Source: Mantamonas sphyraenae STR306
Lineage: Eukaryota; Protista; CRuMs
Direction: 5' to 3'
DNA length: 64,000 bases
Assembly: GCA_026936335.1 (NCBI GenBank)
Contig: JAPMXV010000001.1
Span: forward strand, 310,001 to 374,000
Under the pieces are notes generated by a model that was not told the origin of the DNA, did not search any database, and worked only from the letters and a program-made list of their open reading frames with translations. This document shows positions 1-13,000 of this stretch, in pieces (positions within the stretch are counted from its first letter, which is position 1; every line of letters starts with the position of its first letter). The translations under genes and the position numbers were made by a program.

Positions 1-1052
1 TCGTCCTCTGCACGCGGAGTGCTTGTGCCAGAGCGGGAGCGTGGACGCAAAAAGCGTGGCGTGTGTGGCTGAGAGCCTGGCCGCGACGCATTGGTCTTGT
101 GCAGGATGTACTTGTCCCTCAGGAAGTTGATGAACGACTGCTCATGCCACACGAGTGTGTGGCGGACCACAAAGACAGGCAGAAGGATGGCACATCCAAC
201 AAGAAAGCCCAAGTAGGATGCAATGTACCAAATGTCCGCAGGGCGGCCTGCAGCGGTGGGGTCGGACTGACTGGACAAGAGAAGCCGATCGTAAAACCAC
301 GTGGACGCGTCTGTGCGTGTGGCAGAGCCCGTGGCGAGGTCAATGACCATGTCGGAGATAAAGGCAATAATGTAGATGCAGGAGAGGATGAGGGTGAGGA
401 GGTAGTTGAGGCGCCAGACCTGGAAAAACGCAGTTCGCGCGGGCGTTTCTGGATGCGTTTCGCGAGCGAGGGTGTCGACGTCGTGGCCCAGGGTGATGCG
501 ACTCAACACGCCACGCCACCGCGGCATGTGTTCCGGGTCGCTTGTGCTACGAAGTTCCTCCAGCTGGGTTTGCAGGTTGCTCACGTCGAGAACAATGGAA
601 GGACGTGCGCTTGCGGCAAAGGAGGCCGCGTTGGGCAGTGCGTACTTGTGCTGCGGCGCCACAGTGACGGAAAAGGTGCCTGAAGTGGTCGACGTACGCC
701 GTGGACGACTGGGAAGCACCAGGATGGGCCGTGGTGGCCCATTGTGAGTCCCCGGACTTCGATCCTGGTCGTCCGCGTTCTGCTCGCTTTGCTGCGGTTC
801 TTCGCCGTCCCACGTCTGTGTTTCGCTGTCGCTTCCCTCGCTGCCACTACTGTCGCTTTCACCTGTGCCTTCGCTGGTTTCGCTGAAGCGTCTGACCGAC
901 CGTGAGCGTGTTGCCAGTTCCTCGTCGGGCAGGTGCGTCGTCACACGCCCCACAAACCGCACAGGCGTCCGTGGACCAAACCTGCTGCTGGCTGACCCTG
1001 GCGAATCGGCGGTCCAGTTGCCACGTGTGCGTGGACCAAACCGTTGAGCCAT
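1..1052 (-). CDS. Multi-pass membrane protein of unknown function, 3' end beyond the window
   Basis: Open minus frame from ATG 1052 (MAQRFGPRTRGNW...) running off base 1, so it is absent from the ORF track. It has an acidic low-complexity N-terminus followed by hydrophobic segments (NYLLTLILSCIYIIAFISDMVI; IWYIASYLGFLVGCAILLPVFVV). Confidence 0.7.
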   Translation of the reverse strand, partial: MAQRFGPRTRGNWTADSPGSASSRFGPRTPVRFVGRVTTHLPDEELATRSRSVRRFSETSEGTGESDSSGSEGSDSETQTWDGEEPQQSEQNADDQDRSPGTHNGPPRPILVLPSRPRRTSTTSGTFSVTVAPQHKYALPNAASFAASARPSIVLDVSNLQTQLEELRSTSDPEHMPRWRGVLSRITLGHDVDTLARETHPETPARTAFFQVWRLNYLLTLILSCIYIIAFISDMVIDLATGSATRTDASTWFYDRLLLSSQSDPTAAGRPADIWYIASYLGFLVGCAILLPVFVVRHTLVWHEQSFINFLRDKYILHKTNASRPGSQPHTPRFLRPRSRSGTSTPRAED

Positions 1053-1091
1053 TCTCTTTGCACGCGGCAGCGCGCGGGCTGCGGCAACGCC

Positions 1092-3202
1092 ATGGCCGCT
1101 CGACGCACGACCTTGCTGCAGGTCGTCGTTGCCATTGTCCTTCTTTCCATCGTTTTCAACCTCGTCTCTGTCTTTTACACCGACAACACGGTGTCGAGAC
1201 GGCGGCACGGGAAAGGACAGCGTGTCGGGGAGGCGGAAGATGGCGACAGGCGCAGCCGCGGCCCGTCGAACCCGGCCAACCTGCCGCTGGAACCGAAGCT
1301 TCCAACAAAGCACCGCATTCACGTGTGTAACAACTCGGTGCCTTTAATTGCGTCGTGGGTGCATGCGTACACGGAGGAGGGCTGGACGCCGCCGGTGGCC
1401 CTCTCCGGTGTGACTGGCTGGACGCCACTGAGCAAAGACGTCCCTGCAGGTCGCATGTGCTACGTGGGCATCGAATCCACCTCGCGTACCTTTGTACGCG
1501 ACCAAACACACAACAGAACACAGGTGATTGAACACCCTGCTGTGTTTGTCTCGGACCTAGACGCGCTTGCGGGCCAGGTGCTTGTCGAAAGGTATGCCGA
1601 TCCACGGGCCCTACACATGTGTTGCATGCGAATAGAGAGGCAATGTGGTGCACGACTGACACATGCAATTGCGGTCGCAGTGAGGTGATGCAGGAAGCCG
1701 CCATACGCACGGGCGACGACCTGACGTCGTACGTGGACGTGGTCCTTGAATGCAACCCAGGCTGCAGGCACGTGCGCATTCGAGTCGTTACACGTCGCTC
1801 CATGAAGCCTTTCCCGCCTCCAGCGCCTGCCAATGTGTCGCAGGCCCAAGAGCGACTGCTGGAGCTCCGCAACTTTCGCACGGCCCCTCCCATCCCGTTT
1901 GGACGCCAGGACATGGGATTTGCCGTCATCCACACCGACGTTCTCTTTATTTTTGCCGGATTCTGCGGTGGGGGCTTCGGTCCAGGCGACTACGGCTGCG
2001 AACCGCGAGGCCATGCGACTAGCAGCGAGATTTTCAACGCCCGTTTTCCTCACTGGGGCTGGCGTGCTGTTCCGCCCTTTCCAGGCCCTGCTCGGCAATC
2101 GCCTTCGTGTGCATCACTGGGTCGCTCTGTGTTTTGTTTGGGAGGCTGCAGTGTACGTTGGCAGCAACTGCGGATTGCTCCACTGTCTTCCGAAACCCAC
2201 TGACACGCATACACACACACACACACACATGCCATCAATGGACCCCAGTACACGCCGATCAACCCGGCAGACTTTGTTGGAAAGGCACTGCCAAAGTTCA
2301 AGGCGAACCCGTTTGCGTACAGCGACTTGTGGCAGCTGGAATTGCCCAGAGAGGCGTGGAAGGACGTCAATGTGACTGTACAGAGGGTGAACAGCAGTCA
2401 CTGGGAAAGTGCACACTGGAAACACGGATGGACCCAGCTGAGCAACGCCCCCGTCGATTTGAACGGCGCCGCCATGATAGGCCACAGAGGCGAGCTGCTG
2501 CTTCTTGGAGGCTGCGACTACGATATGCTTACGTTCCACACGTGGTCGGATGCCAATGGAAACACGTACCGCCTGGGGTCGCGGCTGTGGAAGTACAACG
2601 TGCAGCGGGACGTTTGGAGCCAGGGACCGGAATGCCCTGGTACGCCACGCTTCGACCATACTCTCAGCATTGTGGACAACTCGCTGTTTGTAATGGCAGG
2701 TGTGACCACAACCAACAGCGTGTTGCTGTCGGGTGGTGACGCTGTCATCCGCTCCGCAATCGACAATTGGCGCTTTGATCTCATCGACCACACCTGGCAC
2801 AGGCTGGCTGACCATCCCACGGGCAACAGACTGGGCCGAGGCATCCAGAACGTGGTCTATGACCGCTACATGGTCTTCCTCGGCGGTGCACCCAGGCCCG
2901 TCATTTTCCCCGACGGCCGGGCTGTGGACATGTTTGGCGTTGTACAAACACAAGAGTCCGGTGACTGGCGAGGATACCACTTTGCCAACGAAATCAGCTT
3001 CTACGATTCTCATCTGGACAGGTGGGGCAAGAGCACCGTGCGGCTGCCATTTGACAGTGTCAACCTCATTCCCATGGTGGTGGACAACACCGTGTACATG
3101 TTGGGCGGAGAGAATGTCCGCTCTTGCTGGCGGGAAGAGGACGTTGGGATCCACTCGCACACAGTGGTCATGGCAGATGCAGAGATCATACGCGTCGTCT
3201 GA
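1092..3202 (+). CDS. Type II membrane Kelch-repeat beta-propeller protein (NanM/galactose-oxidase-like fold)
   Basis: N-terminal signal anchor (LLQVVVAIVLLSIVFNLVSVFY). Introns 1592-1680 and 2153-2248 join three ORFs in frame. Kelch GG/W motifs: FCLGG, LLLGG, VFLGG, VYMLGGE. Confidence 0.75.
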
Positions 3203-3352
3203 ACATTGCCATCCATTCAACACCCGTGATGACACGCCGAGAGCACAAAGAGAGTCAGAGAGATATACAGTGTACTGTCCTTCATGTCGGGTCTCATCTC
3301 ACTTTGAACACATGGACGCACCCTGCGCCAGTTCAACTTCCAGCCGCACCCC

Positions 3353-4342
3353 ATGGGCCTCAGCAGACAGAAGCTCACCAAGCGCCTGATGGTGCAGTAC
3401 CGCGTCAACTTTGGGATTGAACCGCCATACCGTGTGCTCCTCGATGGCAACTTTGTGCACAAGGCGACAAAGTCGCGGACCAACATCCGCAGCACGTTTG
3501 AGAAGCTGCTCGGCGGAAAATGCGTGCTGTGTAAGTGGACCGCAAGTGCCAGGAATGCACAAAGCACTGCACACACGGGATGGAACAGGCCATACTGACA
3601 CCCAATACACCCGTTGGTGGTCACAACGTGCACACATGCACACAGTCACGACCCGGTGTGTCCTTGCAGAACTGAGAGCGATGGGCGAGGACTTTAAGGG
3701 CTCGTTGATCAATGCACGCAGGTCCAAGGTGGTCCAGTGCGGCCACAAGACTGCACGAACCCCACACGTATGCATTGCCGAGTTTATCGGCGAGGAGAAC
3801 AAGGAGAAGATGTGCGTGGCCACTCAGGATCCCGCTCTGCGTCGTAAGCTGCGCGCACACGGCTGCGTGCCCCAATTCTTCATCACAAACACAATGATCC
3901 TGATCGACACGCCAGGGAAAGGGGATATGCAACACGTGGCCGAACAGGAGCACCAGGAGAAGGAGCAGGGGCTCATGCCTCTGGCCGAGCAGAAGGCGTT
4001 GCAAGCCCTGCGCCTGGAGCACATGGAAAAGATCCGTGAAAAGAGGAAACGGCTGGAGAAACGGAGTAAGAAGGGGCCGAACCCGCTGAGTGTCAAGAAA
4101 GCCAAGGGAAAGAAGGAGGAACAGAGCTCTGCAAGCGGCGAGAGCACATCCTCGTCCTCTTCCTCCTCTCATCATCATCATCCTCATCCGCCGCAGGCTC
4201 GGACAAGAAGAAGCGAAAGCGAAAGCGAAAGCGCAAGCACAGCAGCAACAAAGACAAGCAGGGAAAGGAGGAGGAGGAGGACGACGACGACGACGACGAT
4301 CATCTTGCACAGGACGGCAAACGCCAGCGCACAAAGAAATAG
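3353..4342 (+). CDS. UTP23: rRNA-processing PIN-domain protein UTP23
   Basis: Motifs PPYRVLLDGNF, TTRCVLAEL, VATQDPALRRKLR and KGPNPLSVKK. Intron 3531-3645. A 1-nt frame break at ~4167 in a Ser microsatellite precedes a natural K/R- and D/E-rich tail ending at TAG 4342. Confidence 0.9.
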
Positions 4343-4426
4343 GATGCACACCGTTTCCAACACACACCATAGATCCACTTTGCATCCATGCGCACGTGTA
4401 AACAAAGGAATCCACGAGGCACCCGG

Positions 4427-7035
4427 ATGTCGGGCGAAGAAGAAGCGGAGGATCCGCGCATCGCCGACATCACAAGGCGCACGGCAGATGCACAGCAGAT
4501 GTGGCACTCGGGAAATGCCGACAAGGCGGCCAAGATGATGTACGAACTGCTGGAAGAGTACATGGGCTTCGAGTTGGATGACGCGCTGGAAGAAAGCAAT
4601 GTCGAGGACGGGGAGCCCTCACCGGAGGCAGATGTTACAGACGACGACGATCAACAGCCACAAGGGGCCAACGTAGCACTGACGTACATTGCCCAGATTC
4701 GTACGTGTGCACGCGAGCAGAGCGGACGAGGGAGCGCGAGCTAACACGCAAAAGTGTGTGTTCACACACGTGTACAGAATTCAACCTGGCGCTCATCCTC
4801 ATGGACATGCGTGCGTTTACAGAAGCCGAGCCGCTGCTCAGCGCAGCCATGCAGACCTTTGAGGAGCAGCTGGGCGAAGAGGATGTGCTGGTGGCGCGTT
4901 GTGCCTCGTGCCTTGCCTTGTGCTGCGGGTTCACAGGTCTGATCCGCCGTGCCGTCGCCCATGCCCAGCGAGGTGTCAGCTTACTCCAGAGCCAGGAAAA
5001 GAAGGCCAAAGAGGATGCCAAAGGCCTGTTGCACATCCAGCTGCCCCTTATGGAGGCGTTGAATGTGCTTGCGCTTGTCTACCACGCAGCAGGCGACTTG
5101 CACACAGCGCACCAGCTGTACCACCGTGTGCTCAAGCAGCTGCGCACCCACTTTGATGACCAACACAGACGCAACCTGCCAGTGCTCATCAACCTGTGTG
5201 CGCTGTATTTGGAGCACGAGGAATATGCCAAAGCCAAGCCGCTGCTCAAACGCCTGCTGGAAATCAAGCGAGTCCACTACGACGACACACACGTCGAGAT
5301 TGCCATCACCCTCAACGACCTGTGCCAATGCTTCATTGCACTCAACGACGACCCCAAAGCCGTCGAGAAGCTGCTCGACAAGGCCCTCACTGTCCTGGGC
5401 TGCTCCGCCGAGCACATCCTCAGCAACACCTTGCCCCGCAGCGATTCCTCCGCACGCGCAAACAACACCAGCGGTGGACGCAAACACAAAAACAAGCTGT
5501 GGAAGCTGACCAGGATAGCCTCCCACAAGCTGGGTGCACCCACGGTCTCTCCCGAGCTCCTGGCACACGCACGGGCCTACCCGCTTATCCTCCTGCGAAC
5601 ACACATCACCACCAACCTGGCCATGGTTAAAAAGACCCAAGAGGAATTTGGCGTCGCCGAGGCCCTGTACCGCGATGCCCTCAACATTCTGGCGCATGTG
5701 TGCGGTCTGGACAACAAGCTCACCGAGTTTGCTCTCCTGAGCTACATTGCCCTCGTGACACACATGCACAACCTTCAACTGCCCATTGTGTGTCGTCCCA
5801 AGTGGATTGACGACGACGACGCGCCGGTGTGCATGAACACCACCTGTGGCCGCTCGTTTTCCTGGACCCAGCGCAGGCACCATTGTCGCAACTGCGGACG
5901 CGTGTTCTGCTCCAACTGCGCCAACATCTACGTCCGCCTGCCCCTCTTGGGCTACATAGACCAGGTGCGCATCTGCACCCTGTGTCACACCCTCCTCGCA
6001 AAGCCCTCCAGCATCTACGCCGACGTGGACCGTGTCACCTCAGATTTTGTCGACCACTCCACGCCCCACCTCGCACACCTCTTTCGCACTTCTGTTCTTT
6101 CCATCATTGAGCGCTTCACGGGCGACAGTGACCACGACGGCACTCAGGCCGCACGCTTGCCTCCGTCCACCTCGTCCTCCACCTCCTCCTCCTCGTCCTC
6201 CTCCTTCTCTTCCACACCTACCAAGCTGACCACGCAACCGTACGAGGAGGATGACAGGGTTGGTGCAGCAGAAGACAACAGTGGGGATGCACGCTCCAGC
6301 CAGCCCTCGTCAGCACACACCTCGCCCGAAGGAGGGTCGGGGCGCGACACAACCTCGCCCAGCGATCACAAGCTCATGCGCTCCCTCAGCACAAAGGTCC
6401 ACGAACTGATGCAAAGCAATCTGAGCATGGACGTCTCAGAATCCGAGTCCACAGACGTGTACGTGGATGCGCGCGAAACACAGCCAAGTGCAGACAGCGA
6501 TGACGCCGACGAGACACACTCCACAGCCCCTCGCTATCCAACTGGCGCCACAACCGCCTCCATGCGTGCACAGGGTTCCCTCCTCGTCCAACTCAACACC
6601 ATGGACCCTTTCACGAGCAACTCCTCCATGTCTGGAGACGAGTTTTTCTCCAGCTCCTCCGTCACCGGCCGCTATGCAGGCATCTACTCGCGCTCGTTTG
6701 CAAGTGGTGACCTTGGCCTTTCAGGCGCAAACGCATCCACAGAGATGCTCCTGGGCAGTTCTGTGCAGGAGATTGGCGACGTCCTCAGCACCGAGTTTGC
6801 CGACGTCTCCTCTTCCCTCCGCTCCACAGGAACCGCGTTTTCGTTTTCTTCGCGCGGCGGTCCACCCACACCCAAGAAGAAGCAGAAGAAACAGAAGAAC
6901 AGGGATGGCGCAGGCACAGGCGATGCACAGGATGCAAAGGGACGCACCTTGTTTGCAAAACGCCCTCCACGTCCCGATCGAGGTGCTGGCGCCGCCTCGC
7001 AACCCGTTGCAGACGACTCCATGCTCATTTTGTGA
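4427..7035 (+). CDS. TPR-repeat (kinesin-light-chain-like) protein with a FYVE zinc finger
   Basis: Intron 4701-4777. TPR repeats (AEPLLSAAM, AKPLLKRLLEI, AEALYRDALNI). FYVE signature WIDD...RRHHCRNCGRVFC...RIC at ~5791-6000. Ser-rich tail. Confidence 0.85.
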
Positions 7036-7050
7036 CGACAATGTGGAAGC

Positions 7051-9208
7051 CTAGATTTGTTTCAGCTGGGAAATCGTCGCCACGAGCTTCTCCTCGACGC
7101 TACGCTGCACAGACGTATCCTTGTTCACGCGAGGCCATACATACCCGTGCTTGGGCGCAGCCTCTTCACACCGCTTCACAAGCTCCTCTTGCTTGTCTTT
7201 GTTGCGGTGGGCCAGCGAAAACTGATAGTACGCCGCCCAACTGTCTCCGTTGTCTGCATCCAATGCCACCGCACGTTCGAACCACGTCTTGGCGTCCTTG
7301 TACAGCCGCGATCGCACAAACACCTCTGCCACCGCAACAAACACGTACGGATCCTGCTCGCACGCCTTGAGAGCGTCCATGCTCTTTGTCTTTTGCTGTG
7401 GCCGCGGAGCGGCACGGATGTTGTACGCCCAAAGCAGTCCCGAGCGCGGGCACTCGTCCACACTCAGAGCTTTGGCCAGCAGCGAGGCAGCAAGTTGTGC
7501 CGTGCTGTGCTTCGCCTCCAGTCGCACACTTTCCAACCACAGCACGTCGTTCTTCGGGTTGCGCAGCCTGCCCTTTTCCAGGATTGACCGTGCGCGACTG
7601 ACGTCTCCCTGCTCTTCCTCCAGATGAGCCAGCGACAGCCACAGCGGCACGCTCTTGGGACAGTTCTTGATACCCCGGCTCAGCGTCTCTCGCGCCATCT
7701 CCACGTCGCCCTCCTGCAGTTCCAGCTGCCCGGCCATCAGCCACAGCTTGTCATACTCCGCAAACTGATCGATGCCATCTTGCAGCATGGTTCGCTGCTG
7801 TTCCACGTCACCCAGCTCGCGATAAAGCTGCGCGGAACGCATCCACACACGCGGCGTCGAGCACTCTTTCCGCGCCAGCTCGGCCAGCTTCAGCGCACGC
7901 TCCATCTCGTCCGTCTCCTTCTCCAGATCCATGGCTGCCAACCAAATCTTCTCACTGTCCTTGTTGGCCGCAAATGCATCCTCCAGAATCATTTGTGCCT
8001 CCTGTACGTTGCCACGCGACCACTGCTCTCGCGCAGCCATCAGCCACAGGTCCTCTGCTTGCGGACAGTATCGCACTGCCTTTTCCAGCAGCTCCTGCAG
8101 CGCATCGTGTTCGCCGGCCGCCTTTTCCAACTCCGCCGCTTTCTTCCACAGCGTTTCCTGTGCAGGAAACTTGGTCAGCGCGTACTCGTAGATGCTGCGT
8201 GCCGTCTCGGTTGCCCCGTGCGCTTCACACACGGCCGCATCCTCCATCCACGTCACCAGTCTGTCCTCCTCCTCCACGTTATGTTCAATCACAGCACGCA
8301 CAATCGAGCGGCACGTGTCCACAAAGCGCACCCCCTCCGAGTCGCGCTCCTCTGCCGTGCGTGCCTCCTCCAGCCACTTGTCTCTGTCCACCACGACCCC
8401 CTTCTTGCGGAACGACTTGATCGCACGCTGCACAATCTTGTCCACCATTTTCGGCTGCCCTGCCGTCTCTTCCAGTTTGGCTGCTGTGATCCAGATGCGC
8501 ATGTCACCTGGCACGGCCTTGCGGGCGTCGTTCAACACATTGCGTGCCTTGTCGTACGTCTCCAGCTTTGCCAGCGCCAGCCACAACGGCACCGACGACG
8601 GAACCTCCTTTACCGCCTCTGACAGCATAATCAGCCTGTCTTGATCACTCTCTTCCAAACTCACTGCAGCCTGCCACAACTTGACCGAGTTTGGCACGTG
8701 CTGCAGAGCCTGTCGCAGCACGGTGCGCTTTCCACGCGGTTCGGTCTCCAGCTCCGCCGCACGCATCCAAATGTTCACCGAGTTGGGAATTGCCTTGACA
8801 GCTGCTGCCAGTCGCCGCTTGGCATTCTCCGGTGTGTGCAACCGCGACGCTTCCAGCCACACATCCTCGTTGGTTGCGCACTGTTTGCACGCACGGTCAA
8901 TGATCTTGCGTGCCTCGCTCAGCTTGCCGTCCAATTCCTCAAGGCGAGCGTACGACACCCATCCAGTGGCATGGTCTGGCGTCGTCTTGACAACGGAGCT
9001 CAGCAACGTTTTCGCCTTTTTCATGTCTGCCACGTCGTAGTCCTCCGGCCGCTGCGCCTTTTGCATCGAGGTCAGGTAACCCTTGGGGTCCACCACCGTC
9101 TGGCCACTCACGCTGTCCGACAGCGAGTCCAGCTTGACGCCCAGGTACTGATTGCGCGCATCACCAATCTGCGTCAAGTCCTGCGCAATCCTGGAAGAGG
9201 AGGACGAA

Positions 9209-9240
<32 letters not shown>

Positions 9241-9950
9241 TGCAGACTCCAACGATGAAAAGTGCTCCTGTTCGCGGCGAGCCTTTTCCAGCAGCGACTC
9301 GGGCGCCTTGTAGAAACGTTCATACCGCGGGTTCTCCTTGTACTTCTGTGTGAGGGAGTAGTCGCCGATGTCCGGGATGGCCGCCCACTCGCTCTCGCTG
9401 ATGGACGCCAGGTCTCGCTTGAGGTCGGCAAAGGTGGAGCTGATTTTGGGGTTGCGTGCGAGCAGCGCCTCTTGCTCCGCCTTCTCAGTGGCTTCGCGCT
9501 GCTTCTTGCGTCGCTTGTCCATGTGTTCTTCCACGGCCTGGTACACACGGTCTGCTTCGTCGTCATCCTCGTCATACACCGCGTTGTGGTCCACCAGTGT
9601 TTCGCCCTGGCCACTAAACTCGTCAAATTGCCCGTTTTCCGCCGCCTCCATCTGCTCACGCTTGCGCTTCTCTCTTTCCTGCGCCGCCGCCTGGCTGTCT
9701 GCTTGTGCTTTCATGGGTCCAATGTCTCCTCGCGTGGTGAACCCGGATGCTCTGTGTGCGTCCACAACGGTGGCCGGGTGCCAAGTGGCCGGGTGCTGAC
9801 ATGTAAGCGTGCGTGGTCCGATCCTCACTCTCCGCTCCGCTCAGGAGATCGATCTCCAGGCACAACCTACCCGCGTCCAACACCAGCCACGTATCCTATC
9901 GGTGCTTTCTGCTTCAGGAACGCTTTGTTGGCGTAGTTTTGCTGAAACAT
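7051..9950 (-). CDS. PRPF6: Pre-mRNA splicing factor PRP6 (U5-102K)
   Basis: Exon 1 (MFQQNYANKAFLKQKAPIGYVAGVGRG) and intron 9752-9870 join to ASGFTTRGDIGP. Motifs FADLKRDL, SDSVSGQTVVDPKGYLT and a long HAT repeat array. Confidence 0.96.
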
Positions 9951-10014
9951 GCTCATGGCTGCCAGTCACCTGGTCCGGCCCGCGCCTCCAGCCCATGCAA
10001 GACAAGGGTACTTG

Positions 10015-13000
10015 ATGCATCGTTCGACTCTTGCATTGCTGGTGGCTCTCGTGTGCATCATTTGCGTCGTGGAGCGCGTGCATGCGTACGGCGAACTCGC
10101 ATGCAAAACGGGCGTGCCGCCGCCCCTGCCGGTGGTGGAGCCGCTGCCGCAGCCTTTGGTGGTCCACACCCTTTGCCGGCAGTACAGTGGCTACACAATC
10201 ACATTCAAGAATGCCACAGACACATTTTGCAACCATCCCATGGTCCAATGGGCTCCAGATGACTACTGTGACGCCTTTGTGGGGCTGAACTCGGTCATCG
10301 TGGATTCACAAGGCGTGGGCACCGTCAGCGTGACTCCCCCGCCCTTCATCAGGCGCCCGTACAACGGCACATTGCGCCTCAGCATTGACGGAGGCATCCG
10401 TTGGGTCGATGCAGGCCCGTTTGTCATGGTCCCCAAGGCCAACGGCTTTGTGGTGGACTCGATCAGCGTTCCGGACACGCTTGCATTTCCCCAGCAACAA
10501 ATCACCGTGGTCATCAACTACACTGACCCAAGCATCCAAAACAGGTTTTACACCGTCAACACAAAGGTGCTGAACTTCAACGACCAAATCCATACACAGG
10601 TGCTCACGGTAGACACGCCGTCACCTGGCCAAGCAACGTTTTCCTTCACGCTCGGGGATGACTTTTTCAAGCAGGCCTCACTCAAGCTTTCCCCTGCCCG
10701 CCTGGGCATCAGTACCAATTGTTTCGATTGGGCTGATCACGATGCCCATGGCAATCCTCTCGACCTGCCGTTAGCGCGAGTAAGCAACACTGCGCAGATC
10801 ACAGGCTTCCAGCCCAATCCAGTGACTGCCTGGAACTCGTCGGTGGAGGTCACCATTAAGGGCAAAAACTTTATTCCCAAGCAGTTTCCAATTCTGCAGT
10901 CGATGAACGTGCAGGTGAACATGTCCCAGAACACGGTGCAGGGCTTCATCAAGTGTGATTTCAACTCGGCCTCCCTCAACGCCAAAATCATCAACGACCA
11001 GACCGCCGTGTTTACTCTCGATTCGTCTGGTTCCGGATGCTCTGACGTCCCACTCACCGTGGCCGTGTCCAACAACGGCGGCTACGACTGGTCCAACAAG
11101 GCAGTGTTGCCCATAGCCGACGCGCCCAACACGGCTTCCATCCACTCCTTCTGGCCAACCAAAGTGCCCATGAACGAGCAAACTGATATTACGGTGGTGG
11201 GCACTGGATTCAAAGCTGTAGGCAGAACACTTGCCTTCCAAGTGAACGACCAATCGGCCACGTTCAACACACACGTTTGCAACGATTCAGTGGCTGTCAT
11301 CACGTTTACGTATGCCCAGGTTCCCACAAGCACCCTCTACGTCACCAACCGTGCACAAAACCAGCTCTTGGGGAGCAAGGGTCTCCTTGGCAAGTACTCG
11401 TCGACAAACTGGGCGACCGCCCCTGTCAACATCACCTTTGTGCCCACAAAGATGAAGAGCTGGACAGCCGATTGGATGCCTGCACACCCCAACAACATCA
11501 CGCACTTGCTGCCGTATGTTGTCATCCCGCTGGCGGACACCTCTCAAGGCCTGGACGTCAATGTCGTTGGTGGCCATCCACCGTTCCGCTTCTCCGTGCT
11601 CCACAAGGGGTTCAACCACACATTGGACCCAAACAACCCGTACTACAGTTACAGCGTAAGGCAGGGCACATTCACCATCACCCTGAACTGCAACCGCGCA
11701 CGCATGGACGGCACGATGGTGTTCCAGGTGGATGACACCAGCGGCAACACAGCTCGCTTTAGCGTCAACCTCAACACATCCTCGGTGCACTGTAAGAGGC
11801 CTACGTACAGCAAGGTGGTGTCGCTCCCTCACATGCCCATGGCTGCAGGTAGAGTGGCCGACCACCCTCTGAAATGGGACACTTTCCGTGATCGCAAAGA
11901 CCTCACCTTTGCTGGCATCAATCCACTGTACATGTCGTTTGTCGCCTACTTCCGAGATTACAAGACCAGCTACACGAAATGGGGCATGTTTCTCTCGATG
12001 TCATCATTCACAGAACGAAGCTACGACACAGTTGCCACAAACCCCAACGTGTACCACGGGAACAACGACATCAACGTCCCTCTGGCACCTGTTGGCACGT
12101 ACAACCTTAGCTTGGTTGACGTGTCCAGTTGCACCATCGTGGATATCCCGACGCCGGTGACAGTGAGCTTCAACGACGATGGCATTGTCGAGTATCTCTT
12201 GCAGGTGCTGGCGGCTGGTTTCGTCGGTTTGCTGGTGGTCATCTACGTACACTGTGTTCGCAACCGCGAACACCTGGTACCCAGAGAGCAGAAGGAGTCT
12301 GGTATCGATGTTGCGACCGTGCCGTCCGTGCGCCAGACTCTGAAGAATGTTTTCACGCGGATGTGGACGACCACACACCGCGAGCTCATGCAACATGCGG
12401 ACCCCGAGCAACGTGCACGCCTTTCCTTGGATCGGCGCATGTTGCGCACAATGGCAGGCCTCACCGTGCTCTCGTTGGCGTTGCTGATCTTCTACGTGGC
12501 AATTGGCCGCAATGTGCCCAACCTGAGCGTGTTGACTGCAGCCAACATCCTGGACGACTTGCAAGACGACGCCACAGCATTGACTGTGGCTTGGATTGTT
12601 GTGACCTTGTCTGTTTTGGGTCTGTATATGTTGTGCTGGGTGCTGTGGCACGGATCCCGGCGCACACGCGCAGAGCGCGACGAATACGGCCACTACCAGC
12701 TTCTGGTGGTCCGCAACATCAGTCCTTTGCTGACATATGGCCAGGCACGTAGCGCACTCGAACATTTGACGAGCATCCCCGTTCTGGATGCGAAAGTCGT
12801 CTTCCACGACGGTGTCGAAAGCACCCTCATTGAACAGCCGGACGATGATATGGTGGGTTTCCACGCCATGACCATTACGATGTTGTGGGACAAGGAGACA
12901 GCAGACCACATGAAGCAGTTTGTGGTGCCCCTGAGTTCGGCACGCAGATGGATGCGTGCCATGTGGGGCGGGTCTCGTGGAAGCTCAAGCGACGAAGACT

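Noticed and set aside
9205-9242. Trinucleotide microsatellites (GAC/GAG/CTG runs here and at ~4270, ~20340, ~28200)
   Set aside because: They encode ordinary poly-Ser/Asp/Glu linkers.
9844-9857. Perfect 14-bp palindrome ggagatcgatctcc in the PRPF6 intron
   Set aside because: A single short palindrome with no other support.
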